Assembly (NCBI GenBank): GCA_049608925.1
Contig: JBMYXZ010000001.1
Span: 1 to 47,037, forward strand
Direction of reading: 5' to 3'
Length of the DNA stretch: 47,037 nucleotides
From: Alphaproteobacteria bacterium
Lineage (GTDB): Bacteria; Pseudomonadota; Alphaproteobacteria; JAGOMX01
Made by a program: the position numbers and the translations under genes. Position 1 is the stretch's first letter. Each line of letters opens with the position of its first letter. The notes beneath the pieces were generated by a model. The model did no database searches. It saw only the letters and a list, made by a program, of their open reading frames with translations, and was not told the origin of the DNA. Below, piece after piece: positions 26,300 through 35,732 of the stretch.

Positions 26300-27676
26300 C
26301 TAGTCAGCCGCAGACCTCAACCTCAAAACACTCTCTTTCTTGCCCAAAACTGCCAAAATATCGAACACACTTGGGGATACCGTTCTTCCAGTTAAAGCAG
26401 CCCTTAAAGGCTGGGCAAGCTTGCCCAGCTTCAGATCTTTTTGTTCCGCAAAGTCTCGTGCTAGTTGCTCAATTGCAGCTTCTGACCAATCCTGGTGCGC
26501 CTCAAGTGCATCGGCAAAATCAGAGATGACAGGCTTCGTATCATCATTTAAGAATTTTCGGGCTTTTTCATCAAAATCAAGGGGGACAGATGCGACATAA
26601 AATGCGGCATTTTCCGCCAATTGCACTAATGTTTCAGCACGCGTCTTTAATCCAGGCAGACCTTTTAATAGACGTTTTTTAAGAGAATCAGGCACACTTT
26701 GCTGCATAAATGGCAGCATCATTTCCAATAATGCTGCATCATCCAAATCGCGCAAGTAATGCGCGTTCAAGCTGATCATTTTTGTCAAATCGTACTTTGG
26801 CGCTGCTTTGCCTAACCCCTTTTCGTCAAACCATTCAATAGCTTGCTGACGTGAGATAATTTCGTCATCTCCATGTCCCCAACCCAGGCGCAGCATATAA
26901 TTGTTGAAGGCATCAGGCAGAATGCCCATATCCTTGTATTCTTCAATGCCAATCGCGCCCGTGCGTTTAGACAATTTTTTGCCGTCGGGGCTATGAATCA
27001 AGGGAATATGGCCAAATTCAGGCACATCCCATCCCATTGCTTTGTACAGCTGATACTGGCGGAAAGCATTCGTTAGATGATCGTCTCCACGGATAATATG
27101 GGTTACGCCCATATCATGATCATCGATAACCACAGATAACATGTATGTAGGGGTGCCATCAGCGCGCAACAGGATCATGTCGTCTAGCTGGCTGTTATCG
27201 ATGGTGATTTCGCCTTGCACCATATCTTTAATCGTTGTCGCCCCCTCATCAGGCATTTTCAACCTTACGGCAAAGGGCTTGTCTTGCGCGGGTGCATTTC
27301 TGCAACGACCATCATACTTTGGTGATCGCTTCTCTTTCATAGCCAGATCACGCATTGCCTGTAGCTCTTCAGGAGTGCAATAGCACTTGTAGGCCTTGCC
27401 CTCGTCCAATAGCTTCTGAGCACACGCTGCATGATGCTCTGCCCTGGCGAACTGATAGACTTCTGGCTCGTCATAGTCCAGTTGCAACCATTTCATATCC
27501 TGCAAAATAGCATCGATTGCTTCTTGCGTTGACCGTGCGCGATCCGTATCCTCAATGCGAAGCAAGAATTTGCCGCCATGATGACGTGCAAATAGCCAGT
27601 TATAAAGAGCAGTCCTGGCAGATCCGATATGGAGAAGACCAGTAGGGGATGGAGCAAAGCGCGTAACGACAGACAT
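26300..27676 (-). CDS. gltX: Glutamate--tRNA ligase
   Basis: 'MSVVTRFAPSPTGLLHIGSARTALYNW' is the HIGH region and 'KLSKR' is the KMSKS-type motif. Start trimmed from the track ORF. Confidence 0.95.
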   Translation of the reverse strand: MSVVTRFAPSPTGLLHIGSARTALYNWLFARHHGGKFLLRIEDTDRARSTQEAIDAILQDMKWLQLDYDEPEVYQFARAEHHAACAQKLLDEGKAYKCYCTPEELQAMRDLAMKEKRSPKYDGRCRNAPAQDKPFAVRLKMPDEGATTIKDMVQGEITIDNSQLDDMILLRADGTPTYMLSVVIDDHDMGVTHIIRGDDHLTNAFRQYQLYKAMGWDVPEFGHIPLIHSPDGKKLSKRTGAIGIEEYKDMGILPDAFNNYMLRLGWGHGDDEIISRQQAIEWFDEKGLGKAAPKYDLTKMISLNAHYLRDLDDAALLEMMLPFMQQSVPDSLKKRLLKGLPGLKTRAETLVQLAENAAFYVASVPLDFDEKARKFLNDDTKPVISDFADALEAHQDWSEAAIEQLARDFAEQKDLKLGKLAQPLRAALTGRTVSPSVFDILAVLGKKESVLRLRSAAD

Positions 27677-29699
27677 GATTAGACTAAATTCCTTTTTCAA
27701 AAAGCTAATTTCCTGGTCGCATTCTATACATCTTTGGCAAAGTTTCAAAGAAACGATTGAACAGGAATACGATCGCTGGTTTTTATGGGCTCCTGTAGCC
27801 CTGGCAACAGGGATCGGTATCTATTTTATACTGCCATTCGAACCCTGGCTGTGGGTGGGGATTTTGGCAATCGGCCTTAGCTTGCCATTGTTTTCCTTAA
27901 ATCGCCTGCTAGCATATGGATTGTTATGGTTAGCACTTGGCTTCAGCATTGTTCAGTGGCGCACGCATTTGCTAGACACGCCAATGATATCCCAAATCAT
28001 GACCAAACAAACAGTTACCGGCACAATAGACCGTGTTGAAACCCGCGAAGACGATTTACGCATTACGATATCCAGTTTGAAAACGCACTCGAATCTGGCA
28101 AAAATCAGGGTGATCCTGAAAGACAAAAAGCAAGCTGTTGCTCCAGGAGATATCGTCACGTTAAACGCAACCTTATTGCCACCACCAGGACCTGTTATGC
28201 CAGGGGCACATAATTTCCGTAGACAAGCCTATTTCCAAGGAATTAGCGCTGTTGGCATTGCAAAATCGCTTAACATTGTTCAGCATGCAAAAACAAGCAA
28301 TCTAAAACGTATTCAACACCAGATAACAAAGCGAATTCAACAGGATATCCCTGGACAATCCGGTGCCATCGCAGCCGCATTGGTCACAGGAGATCGATCA
28401 GGTATATCAAAAGCCGTACGCGAAAATTTTTCTACTGCAGGTATTGCCCACATTTTGGCTATTTCGGGCCTACATTTAAGCATTATTGCCGGATTCATAT
28501 TCTTGCTTTTCAGGCGTGGTTTAAGCCTATTTCCACAAATTGCATTGAATCATTCAACCAAGAAGTGGGCGGCTATAATATCGATCGTTATTACCTCGCT
28601 ATACCTTGCTTTATGCTGGGGGTCAGTGCCTGCTTTCCGGGCATATATCATGACAACCATTATGATGTTGGCAATTCTGATGGACCGCCCAGCGATTTCT
28701 ATGCGGAATGTTGCCTTGGCAGCAATCGTCATCCTATTCATCTGGCCCGAAGCTTTATTAGGCCCCAGCTTTCAACTGTCATTTTCCGCAGTAATAGGCT
28801 TAGTTGCCGCTTATGAAAGCAGTGAAATGATGTTCTTGAAAATCCGTTCAAATAACTCGCTACCGCGATTAATTTTTGCTTATTTGATAGGTGTTGTCAC
28901 GACGACTCTGATTGCTGGTGCCATGACGGCCCCGCTGGCAATGCACACGTTCAATCATTTTTCAGGTTACGGCCCCCTTGCCAACCTTGTAGCTATCCCA
29001 CTTGCCACATTTTGGATCATGCCAATGGCCTTTTTGCAGGTTGTCTTGATGCCGATTGCAAACTCTATCGGTATTTCTGCCTTACTTGGATACGGCATCG
29101 AAATTCTGACAAAGCTTGCAGCTTATATCGCAGCTCTTCCAGGCGCAACTGTGCCTATTTCCGCTACATCCAACACCTTTGTGATTCTTTTGGTATTAGG
29201 AGGACTGTGGATCATGCTATGGCAAAAAACATGGCGATGGGCTGGTTTGATGCCAATTCTAATAGCAGGCGTTGTTGCCACCACGGATGATCTACCTGAT
29301 ATCTTGATTTCCCGCGATGGCAAGCAGATCGCCCGGCGTGGAGATAATGGCACGCTGTATATGATCGCAGATCGCGGTGGCTCCTTCACTAAGGATGCTT
29401 GGATGCAACGTCTGGGGCTAACGCAGGTTGAGCCTGCCTCCGAGGGCTGCAGCAAGAACGTCTGCACGGTTAAAAAGAATGGTCGCAACATCGTTATTGC
29501 CAAGTCAGCATGGGTAAAGCTGAAATATTGCAGCGATATCATGGTTTCCATGGGTAAAATTCCTGATGGCTGCACAGGCCCGCTTATCGACAAAAGCTTT
29601 CTGAAAGCTGCCGGGGCCAGCACGATCACTATCGACTCTGCTGGGCAGGAGAAAGTCCTAACGGTGGCAGATTCTGAGGGAATCCGGCCCTGGTCCTAA
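27675..29699 (+). CDS. comEC: ComEC/Rec2 family competence membrane protein
   Basis: 674 aa and polytopic. Contains 'DRWFLWAPVALATGIGIYF' and 'TAGIAHILAISGLHLSIIAG'. The only in-frame ATG/GTG/TTG upstream of the conserved region is at 27675. Confidence 0.85.
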   Translation: MIRLNSFFKKLISWSHSIHLWQSFKETIEQEYDRWFLWAPVALATGIGIYFILPFEPWLWVGILAIGLSLPLFSLNRLLAYGLLWLALGFSIVQWRTHLLDTPMISQIMTKQTVTGTIDRVETREDDLRITISSLKTHSNLAKIRVILKDKKQAVAPGDIVTLNATLLPPPGPVMPGAHNFRRQAYFQGISAVGIAKSLNIVQHAKTSNLKRIQHQITKRIQQDIPGQSGAIAAALVTGDRSGISKAVRENFSTAGIAHILAISGLHLSIIAGFIFLLFRRGLSLFPQIALNHSTKKWAAIISIVITSLYLALCWGSVPAFRAYIMTTIMMLAILMDRPAISMRNVALAAIVILFIWPEALLGPSFQLSFSAVIGLVAAYESSEMMFLKIRSNNSLPRLIFAYLIGVVTTTLIAGAMTAPLAMHTFNHFSGYGPLANLVAIPLATFWIMPMAFLQVVLMPIANSIGISALLGYGIEILTKLAAYIAALPGATVPISATSNTFVILLVLGGLWIMLWQKTWRWAGLMPILIAGVVATTDDLPDILISRDGKQIARRGDNGTLYMIADRGGSFTKDAWMQRLGLTQVEPASEGCSKNVCTVKKNGRNIVIAKSAWVKLKYCSDIMVSMGKIPDGCTGPLIDKSFLKAAGASTITIDSAGQEKVLTVADSEGIRPWS

Positions 29700-30334
29700 A
29701 ATTTCACGACAATCTTGTCAGCGTTTTTAGGGGTTGGATGTGGCTCGGTTTCAAAAGCAGCCCGCTCGCCTGGCAGCACACGCTTTTCAGAAAACTCATG
29801 CGTCCAACTATCTAGCAAGCAAGCTGGGTCAGTCTTTTCACCTGATTTACAAGGGCCTCGCAGCTGCAGCTGAATAGGGGGAATAATCTTCACTTCTTCG
29901 GTGGTGTTCACAATCTCGCCGCTGATAACAACGTATGTCTTGCCGTCTTTATTAATATGCTGATGAGACGGCGCGTCAATGACCAGCCCCGCGTGAGATG
30001 GCGCCAATGACATGCCTATAGAATCATATACAGAAGCCATACCAGGAATCATCTTGATGACGGCCCCTTTTCCATAGATAAACCCAGCGATTGAGCCTAA
30101 AAGAACCAACAAAAAGATAATCCAGCCCCAGGCAAACTTCTTTTTCTTTGGCGTTGCAATATGTGCACGTTTTCTGCGCACTGGTTTGACAGGCGCACCT
30201 TTACTAACCATATCATCAGGAGATTGACGCCAGACATTACCGCAAGCCACGCAGCGTACTTTGCGGCCTTCTGCACCAATGGCTTCGTCCTTAATTAAAT
30301 ATCGTTTTTGACACTTGTCACAGGTGACGATCAT
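29696..30334 (-). CDS. MJ0042-type zinc-ribbon protein with TM segment and DUF3426-like C-terminal domain
   Basis: 'MIVTCDKCQKRYLIKDEAIGAEGRKVRCVACGNVW', followed by one TM (FAWGWIIFLLVLLGSIAGFIY). Confidence 0.75.
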   Translation of the reverse strand: MIVTCDKCQKRYLIKDEAIGAEGRKVRCVACGNVWRQSPDDMVSKGAPVKPVRRKRAHIATPKKKKFAWGWIIFLLVLLGSIAGFIYGKGAVIKMIPGMASVYDSIGMSLAPSHAGLVIDAPSHQHINKDGKTYVVISGEIVNTTEEVKIIPPIQLQLRGPCKSGEKTDPACLLDSWTHEFSEKRVLPGERAAFETEPHPTPKNADKIVVKF

Positions 30335-30417
30335 CTATATTGCTCAAAGATTGAAAAATAAAAGGGCTATTTAGTTTATAGAATGTTCGCTCACCTGGTT
30401 CAAGTTAGAACTTTTCT

Positions 30418-31725
30418 TTAAAGGATGAATTTTGCCAAATCGGTCGCTTTTGCCAAGCTGCCAACACGCTCTGCAACATAATCTGCCGTAATTTCAATTT
30501 TTGATCCGGCATTGTCCGATGCTTCAAAGCTGATTTCTTCCAACAGCTTTTCCAGAACAGTTTGCAGCCTACGCGCACCAATATTTTCAACGTTTTGGTT
30601 AACTTCAACCGCTAAATCAGCAATCGTTTCAATAGACTGTTTATTGAAAGTGATCGTCACATCTTCTGTCTGCATAAGGGCTTCATACTGCTTGACCAAG
30701 CTTGCTTCAGGCTCGGTAAGAATACGGATAAAGTCCTCTTTCATCAAAGCTTTCAGCTCAACACGTGTAGGCAAACGCCCCTGCAATTCAGGCAATAGGT
30801 CAGATGGCTTGGCAATATGAAAAGCGCCCGATGCGATAAACAAGATATGATCCGTTTTGACGGTGCCATGTTTCGTGCTGACAGAGGTTCCCTCTAACAA
30901 AGGCAGCAGATCACGCTGGACACCCTCGCGGCTAACATCTGCACCAGCACGTTCATGGCGCGCGCAAACTTTATCGATCTCGTCAATAAACACGATACCG
31001 TTTTGCTCAACCTCGGTGATAGCGTTTTTGACCACTTTTTCATGATCCAACAGCTTGTCACTTTCTTCAGCAATAATTACATCCCAGGCGTCATCCACGC
31101 GCATCAAACGGTTCTTCATCGGTGTAACACCGCCGCCCAGGATTTCGCCAATGTTCAACATCCCCATTTGAGCGCCTGGCATACCCGGGATATCAAAAGT
31201 TGGGAACTGGCTGTTGCTGGAATCTTCGACCTTGATCTCGATCTCTTTATCGTCCAAGTCCCCCACACGCAGCAGTTTACGGAACTTCTGACGGGTCTCT
31301 TCAGTGGCAGTATCGCCAACCAGCACATCTAAGATGCGCTCCTCAGCCATTAATTCGGCACGTGCCTTAACATCCTCGCGCATTCTCTTGCGGGTTTCTG
31401 TAATTCCTAGCTCGATCAAATCACGAATAATCTGCTCAACATCACGCCCAACGTAGCCAACTTCGGTGAATTTCGTCGCTTCAACTTTGATGAAAGGCGC
31501 CCCTGCAAGCTTTGCAAGGCGGCGAGATATCTCGGTTTTACCAACACCAGTAGGCCCGATCATCAAAATATTTTTCGGCAGTACTTCTTCCCGCAGATCG
31601 TCGCCTAGTTGCAACCTACGCCAGCGGTTACGCAAAGCAATCGCTACCGCACGCTTGGCCTCGTTCTGGCCAATGATAAAGCGGTCTAATTCAGATACTA
31701 TTTCACGAGGTGTAAATGAGCTCAT
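30418..31725 (-). CDS. hslU: ATP-dependent protease ATPase subunit HslU
   Basis: Contains '[16 protein letters not shown]', Walker A '[15 protein letters not shown]' and '[10 protein letters not shown]'. Confidence 0.96.
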   Translation of the reverse strand: MSSFTPREIVSELDRFIIGQNEAKRAVAIALRNRWRRLQLGDDLREEVLPKNILMIGPTGVGKTEISRRLAKLAGAPFIKVEATKFTEVGYVGRDVEQIIRDLIELGITETRKRMREDVKARAELMAEERILDVLVGDTATEETRQKFRKLLRVGDLDDKEIEIKVEDSSNSQFPTFDIPGMPGAQMGMLNIGEILGGGVTPMKNRLMRVDDAWDVIIAEESDKLLDHEKVVKNAITEVEQNGIVFIDEIDKVCARHERAGADVSREGVQRDLLPLLEGTSVSTKHGTVKTDHILFIASGAFHIAKPSDLLPELQGRLPTRVELKALMKEDFIRILTEPEASLVKQYEALMQTEDVTITFNKQSIETIADLAVEVNQNVENIGARRLQTVLEKLLEEISFEASDNAGSKIEITADYVAERVGSLAKATDLAKFIL

Positions 31726-32267
31726 TCTTCAATACTTTCAATAATCACGCTGTTGTTGGTATAGACACAGATATCGCCCGCAATTTTCATTGCTTTCTTC
31801 GCCACATCCTCGGCACTGATTTCTTCGATATCATAGAGTGCTCGTGCAGCAGACAGAGCATAAGCACCACCTGATCCAATGCCGATAAGCCCATCTTCAG
31901 GCTCGAGCACATCACCAGTACCCGTTAGGATCAGCGAGACATTCTTGTCCGCGACTGCCATCATAGCTTCCAGCTTTCTTAGGTATTTGTCTGTGCGCCA
32001 GTCTTTTGCAAGCTCAACACATGCACGGGAAAGTTGTTTAGGATATTGCTCTAGCTTCGACTCTAAGCGCTCGAACAAAGTCATGGCGTCTGCCGTAGCC
32101 CCAGCAAAGCCAGCTATAACCGAGCCATCAATCAACGGGCGCACCTTTGTTGCATTGTTTTTTACAACGACAGAGCCCATGGTGACCTGTCCATCGCCAG
32201 CTATGACAACTTTTCCGTTCTTCCGCACTGACAAAATTGTCGTGCCGTGCCAAGATTGTTCGCTCAC
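31722..32267 (-). CDS. hslV: ATP-dependent protease subunit HslV
   Basis: Contains '[23 protein letters not shown]' and '[14 protein letters not shown]'. Overlaps hslU by 4 nt. Confidence 0.96.
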   Translation of the reverse strand: MSEQSWHGTTILSVRKNGKVVIAGDGQVTMGSVVVKNNATKVRPLIDGSVIAGFAGATADAMTLFERLESKLEQYPKQLSRACVELAKDWRTDKYLRKLEAMMAVADKNVSLILTGTGDVLEPEDGLIGIGSGGAYALSAARALYDIEEISAEDVAKKAMKIAGDICVYTNNSVIIESIEE

Positions 32268-32351
32268 AGTACTATCCTTTATCCTTTAGTCTACCGTGAC
32301 TATACCGAAACGAGCGATTAATGCAACTCAATAGACCAGTATTCAGTTGTC

Positions 32352-33149
32352 ATGAACAGCAATCTAGGTAAGAATGCAGACATGTATATCGATAGCCACT
32401 GCCATGTAAATAACGCGTATTTCCCTGATGACCTCAAGGAGACGCTCGATCGTGCCCGCGCGGCCAAAGTTTCATCTTTTCTGAACATATGCACGACCTT
32501 GGAAGAAGCACCTGATATCATCAAAATTGCCGAGCAACATGACGACATGAAGTGCACTGTTGGGGTGCATCCACACGAGGCTGGCCCGGCATATGACGCT
32601 GGAGACCTTGAAAATCATCTTTTAAGGCTTGCTGAGCACCCAAAAGTCATCGGACTAGGGGAAACTGGTCTGGATTATTACTATGATCACAGCCCGCGTG
32701 AGAAACAGCAATCTGCATTTCGTGACCACATAAGTGCGGCCAAGAAGACTGGATTGCCTTTGATCATCCATACACGTGATGCTGAAGAAGATACAATTGC
32801 TATCCTAGATGAAGAAAAAGGCAATATTTCTGGCATTATCCATTGCTTTAGTGGCTCGCAAGATCTGGCGGACAAGTCGCTCGCATTAGGTTTTTATATA
32901 TCCATATCAGGCATTGTGACTTTCAAAAAGGCTGACGAACTGCGAGAGATTGTCAAATCAGTTCCCATGGATCGGCTGTTGATTGAGACCGATTCGCCTT
33001 ATCTAGCCCCGGTACCTTTTCGCGGCAAACGCAACGAGCCCGCATTCGTTGTGCATACAGCTGAATGCATCGCCGAGCTTAAAGGAATTTCAGTGGAAGA
33101 AGTTGCAGCTGTTACCTCACAAAACTACAAAAAGCTATTTTCCCTATGA
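32352..33149 (+). CDS. tatD: TatD family metal-dependent hydrolase
   Basis: Contains 'YIDSHCHV', 'IGETGLDYYY', 'LIIHTRDA', 'GIIHCFSG' and 'LLIETDSPYLAP'. The true start may be MYIDSH at 32382. Confidence 0.88.
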   Translation: MNSNLGKNADMYIDSHCHVNNAYFPDDLKETLDRARAAKVSSFLNICTTLEEAPDIIKIAEQHDDMKCTVGVHPHEAGPAYDAGDLENHLLRLAEHPKVIGLGETGLDYYYDHSPREKQQSAFRDHISAAKKTGLPLIIHTRDAEEDTIAILDEEKGNISGIIHCFSGSQDLADKSLALGFYISISGIVTFKKADELREIVKSVPMDRLLIETDSPYLAPVPFRGKRNEPAFVVHTAECIAELKGISVEEVAAVTSQNYKKLFSL

Positions 33150-34231
33150 CAAAAACGGTTTTACAAGTTCTGCCACGCTTAAATTCTGGTGGTGTTGAGC
33201 GTGGGACCGTAGAACTAGACAAATATCTTCGCGATAAGGGATGGAATTCTATTGTTTGTTCTGAAGGGGGGGCACTGGTTAGTCCAGACATGCATCACAT
33301 CAGCCTGGATGTTGCCAGCAAGAATCCGCTGACGATAATCAAAAATATCTTCAAGCTTGAAAGTGTTATACGCCAAAATAAGGTGGACATTGTCCATGCC
33401 CGGTCTCGTGCGCCTGCTTGGAGTGCCTACTTTGCGGCAAAACGTGCTGGTGTGCCATTCGTCACAACTGTTCATTCGACATACTCATGCCAAAATGCTT
33501 TCAAGCGCTGGTATAACGGTGTCATGGTGAAAGGGGTAAGGACAATTGTCGCGTCTGACTATATGCTGGCCTATATTCAGAAACACTTTAGTGGTAAGTT
33601 CAACCAAGACCACGTCAGAATTATCCCAAGAGGCCTTGATCCCAGCGTCTTTAATCCTTCTGAAGTCACACCCAAAGACCTTGATGCACTACACACCGAA
33701 TGGGGCATCTCAGGCGACACCGATATAATTCTATTGCCCGGACGCCAGACGCGCAGAAAAGGACACTTGTTAGCCCTCGATGCCTTCAAGCCCATAGCGC
33801 AACAAGCGATTCTGGTAATGGTCGGTGAATTCAGCAAAAGCAGCACCTATTACAACCAAATCGTGACTCACGCCAACGAGTTGGGAATATTTGATCGCGT
33901 GCGTATTTTTGATAACGATCCTAATATCCGGCGCGCCTATGCCGCAGCAAAAATCGTTTTAATACCTTCCCAAACTCCTGAAGCCTTTGGCAGGACTGTA
34001 ATTGAAGCCCAAGCAATGGGCTGCACTGTTGTTTCATCAGACTTTGGAACACCAAAGTATCTTATCGAAGATGGCAAAACAGGCTGGTTAGTGCCTTATG
34101 ATAGTGTGACTGATTGGACGGACAAAATAAAGCAAACCCTGGAAAGCCCCAGGATGCCTAGACATATTGAACACACGCTTGAAAAAATGTGCAGCTCCAC
34201 CGTCAGCGTTTACAAAGAAGTTACAGATTGA
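33146..34231 (+). CDS. Glycosyltransferase family 4 protein
   Basis: Contains 'VLPRLNSGGVERGTVEL' and a C-terminal 'PEAFGRTVIEAQAMGCTVVSSDFG' (E-x7-E type motif). Overlaps tatD by 4 nt. Confidence 0.82.
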   Translation: MTKTVLQVLPRLNSGGVERGTVELDKYLRDKGWNSIVCSEGGALVSPDMHHISLDVASKNPLTIIKNIFKLESVIRQNKVDIVHARSRAPAWSAYFAAKRAGVPFVTTVHSTYSCQNAFKRWYNGVMVKGVRTIVASDYMLAYIQKHFSGKFNQDHVRIIPRGLDPSVFNPSEVTPKDLDALHTEWGISGDTDIILLPGRQTRRKGHLLALDAFKPIAQQAILVMVGEFSKSSTYYNQIVTHANELGIFDRVRIFDNDPNIRRAYAAAKIVLIPSQTPEAFGRTVIEAQAMGCTVVSSDFGTPKYLIEDGKTGWLVPYDSVTDWTDKIKQTLESPRMPRHIEHTLEKMCSSTVSVYKEVTD

Positions 34232-34301
34232 ACAAATATTTACGCATATTTAAGCATAAACAAATATAATCATAATAGATGTTTTTATTTGGGGTATATT
34301 T

Positions 34302-34796
34302 ATGCGTTATATATTTTTTGCTATATTTTTCTCTACTTTTTCAACCCTTGTGTATGCACAATGTGAAGTTCGCGACACAGAAAGATTTAATAAGCAGATT
34401 CAGGAACTTAATCAGAAACGGGATTTACTCTCTGACGACTTAAAAAAGAAGTATGATCGCAAAATTGCTAAAATCAAAAAGGATATTAAGTTCGCTGAAA
34501 AAATTGGTCGTATGGCCCCGAATACACGCAGCGAAGGCTTGTGCAATGCTGTAACGCAAAACATCAGCGAAGATTTGAGTACTATTGCTCAATTGATTAC
34601 CAAAAGAGATGTGTTAGAAGCTGTAGACGATCAGAAGAATATATATATGGTCTCTAAGCAAGTTCAGGGAAATATTTATTCTCTTCGCGAGCTATGCCCC
34701 AAATTAAGAAAATTACCTGAGGACCAATACAAAGTGGTTGCAGAAAATGCGATCGTCGAAAAGTATTTGGGGTTCTGCAAGAACATGCAAATGTAG
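34302..34796 (+). CDS. Small secreted hypothetical protein (helical, 4 Cys)
   Basis: Signal peptide MRYIFFAIFFSTFSTLVYA|QCE. Lys/Asp-rich, coiled-coil-like sequence. No family recognised. Confidence 0.6.
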   Translation: MRYIFFAIFFSTFSTLVYAQCEVRDTERFNKQIQELNQKRDLLSDDLKKKYDRKIAKIKKDIKFAEKIGRMAPNTRSEGLCNAVTQNISEDLSTIAQLITKRDVLEAVDDQKNIYMVSKQVQGNIYSLRELCPKLRKLPEDQYKVVAENAIVEKYLGFCKNMQM

Positions 34797-34883
34797 AGCT
34801 TACAACCTTTTTGGCAGAATAACGATTTTTAAACCATTATTTTTTATCATCACTTAGATGATATTTAGATAAAGGGTAATCTT

Positions 34884-35732
34884 ATGCAAAATCGTGTTCT
34901 ATTGATTGGAGAATTCATCACGAATAAAGGCTATGGCCTTCTTGGTGACACAATCACTACTGCGGCACTTGGCGGCACGCCTGTAATTTCTACACCAAGT
35001 ATAACATGTGTGTCAGAAGAGACCACCACACAGTCCCTACCAATAGATTTTACACGCCAACAATTGCGCGCGTGTTTTACAGATCCTGGTGTGGATGCTG
35101 TTAAGCTTGGGTCAGTCGTATCAGGTCCTTTCATGAAGCAATTTGCAGATTGCATTGTAGACAATCAAATTGATGTGCCAATCGTATTCAATCCTATTAT
35201 CAGCTCTGAAAGCCGAGAAGTCCTTATCACAAAGGGCGTTTTGGCAGACCTGCAACAATACTTGTATCCCATCACAACCTTGATGATCCTTAGCACACAA
35301 GATATTGATCACTTTATTTCAGGTAAGGTCAGTGACCGCGCTTCCATCATAGAAGCTGCCGGTGAAATTAACAGGCATGGCCCCCGTAATGTATACGTAA
35401 CTGGAACAATTCCAGAGACTGGCGAGCCTATTAATATCCTGGTTAGTGACTCTCATAAAAGTGCAAAATACCAAGAACTCTGTCCAGACAGAACACAAGC
35501 AGCGACAGGCACTTGGGCGTTGTCATCTGCGATTGCAACCTTCCTTAGCCGTGGCTTGGACTTACAAACAGCCATCGCCTATGGACATCAATTTGTGAAT
35601 ACGGCATTCGGAGAGTCTTCAGAGAATCTTCACGAAGATTTCCAAAGGCTGAACCTGATTCATACTATTGGAATCTTCCAGCCAGACACAGCGCAAACTG
35701 CTCCCTGGCAAGCATTGGAAATGGCTTCTTAA
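34884..35732 (+). CDS. Divergent ThiD-like (HMP/pyridoxal kinase, ribokinase superfamily) protein
   Basis: The overall pattern follows ThiD: 'VDAVKLGSV', 'PIVFNPI' and 'GTWALSSAIATFLSRGLDLQTAIAYGHQFV' versus the canonical 'GTGCTLSSAIAA.LA.G..L..A'. The N-terminal 'GSDSGGGAG' and the 'GTGC' motif are degenerate. Confidence 0.6.
   Translation: MQNRVLLIGEFITNKGYGLLGDTITTAALGGTPVISTPSITCVSEETTTQSLPIDFTRQQLRACFTDPGVDAVKLGSVVSGPFMKQFADCIVDNQIDVPIVFNPIISSESREVLITKGVLADLQQYLYPITTLMILSTQDIDHFISGKVSDRASIIEAAGEINRHGPRNVYVTGTIPETGEPINILVSDSHKSAKYQELCPDRTQAATGTWALSSAIATFLSRGLDLQTAIAYGHQFVNTAFGESSENLHEDFQRLNLIHTIGIFQPDTAQTAPWQALEMAS

Noticed and set aside
3579-27748. Long N-terminal extensions offered by the ORF track for the YeeE/YedE gene (to 3854), map (to 5012), carD (from 11260), Hap (from 24090) and gltX (to 27748).
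   Set aside because: The extensions overlap upstream genes and have implausible composition. Conserved N-termini with good SD sequences begin at internal Met codons (3578, 4853, 11326, 24120, 27676).
33266-33272. A G7 homopolymer inside the family-4 glycosyltransferase gene (codons GAA GGG GGG GCA), as a possible slipped-strand phase-variation tract.
   Set aside because: Seven residues is below the length usually associated with efficient phase variation. An equally long C7/G7 tract sits in the essential map gene (4827-4833), which shows that such runs occur here without regulatory meaning.
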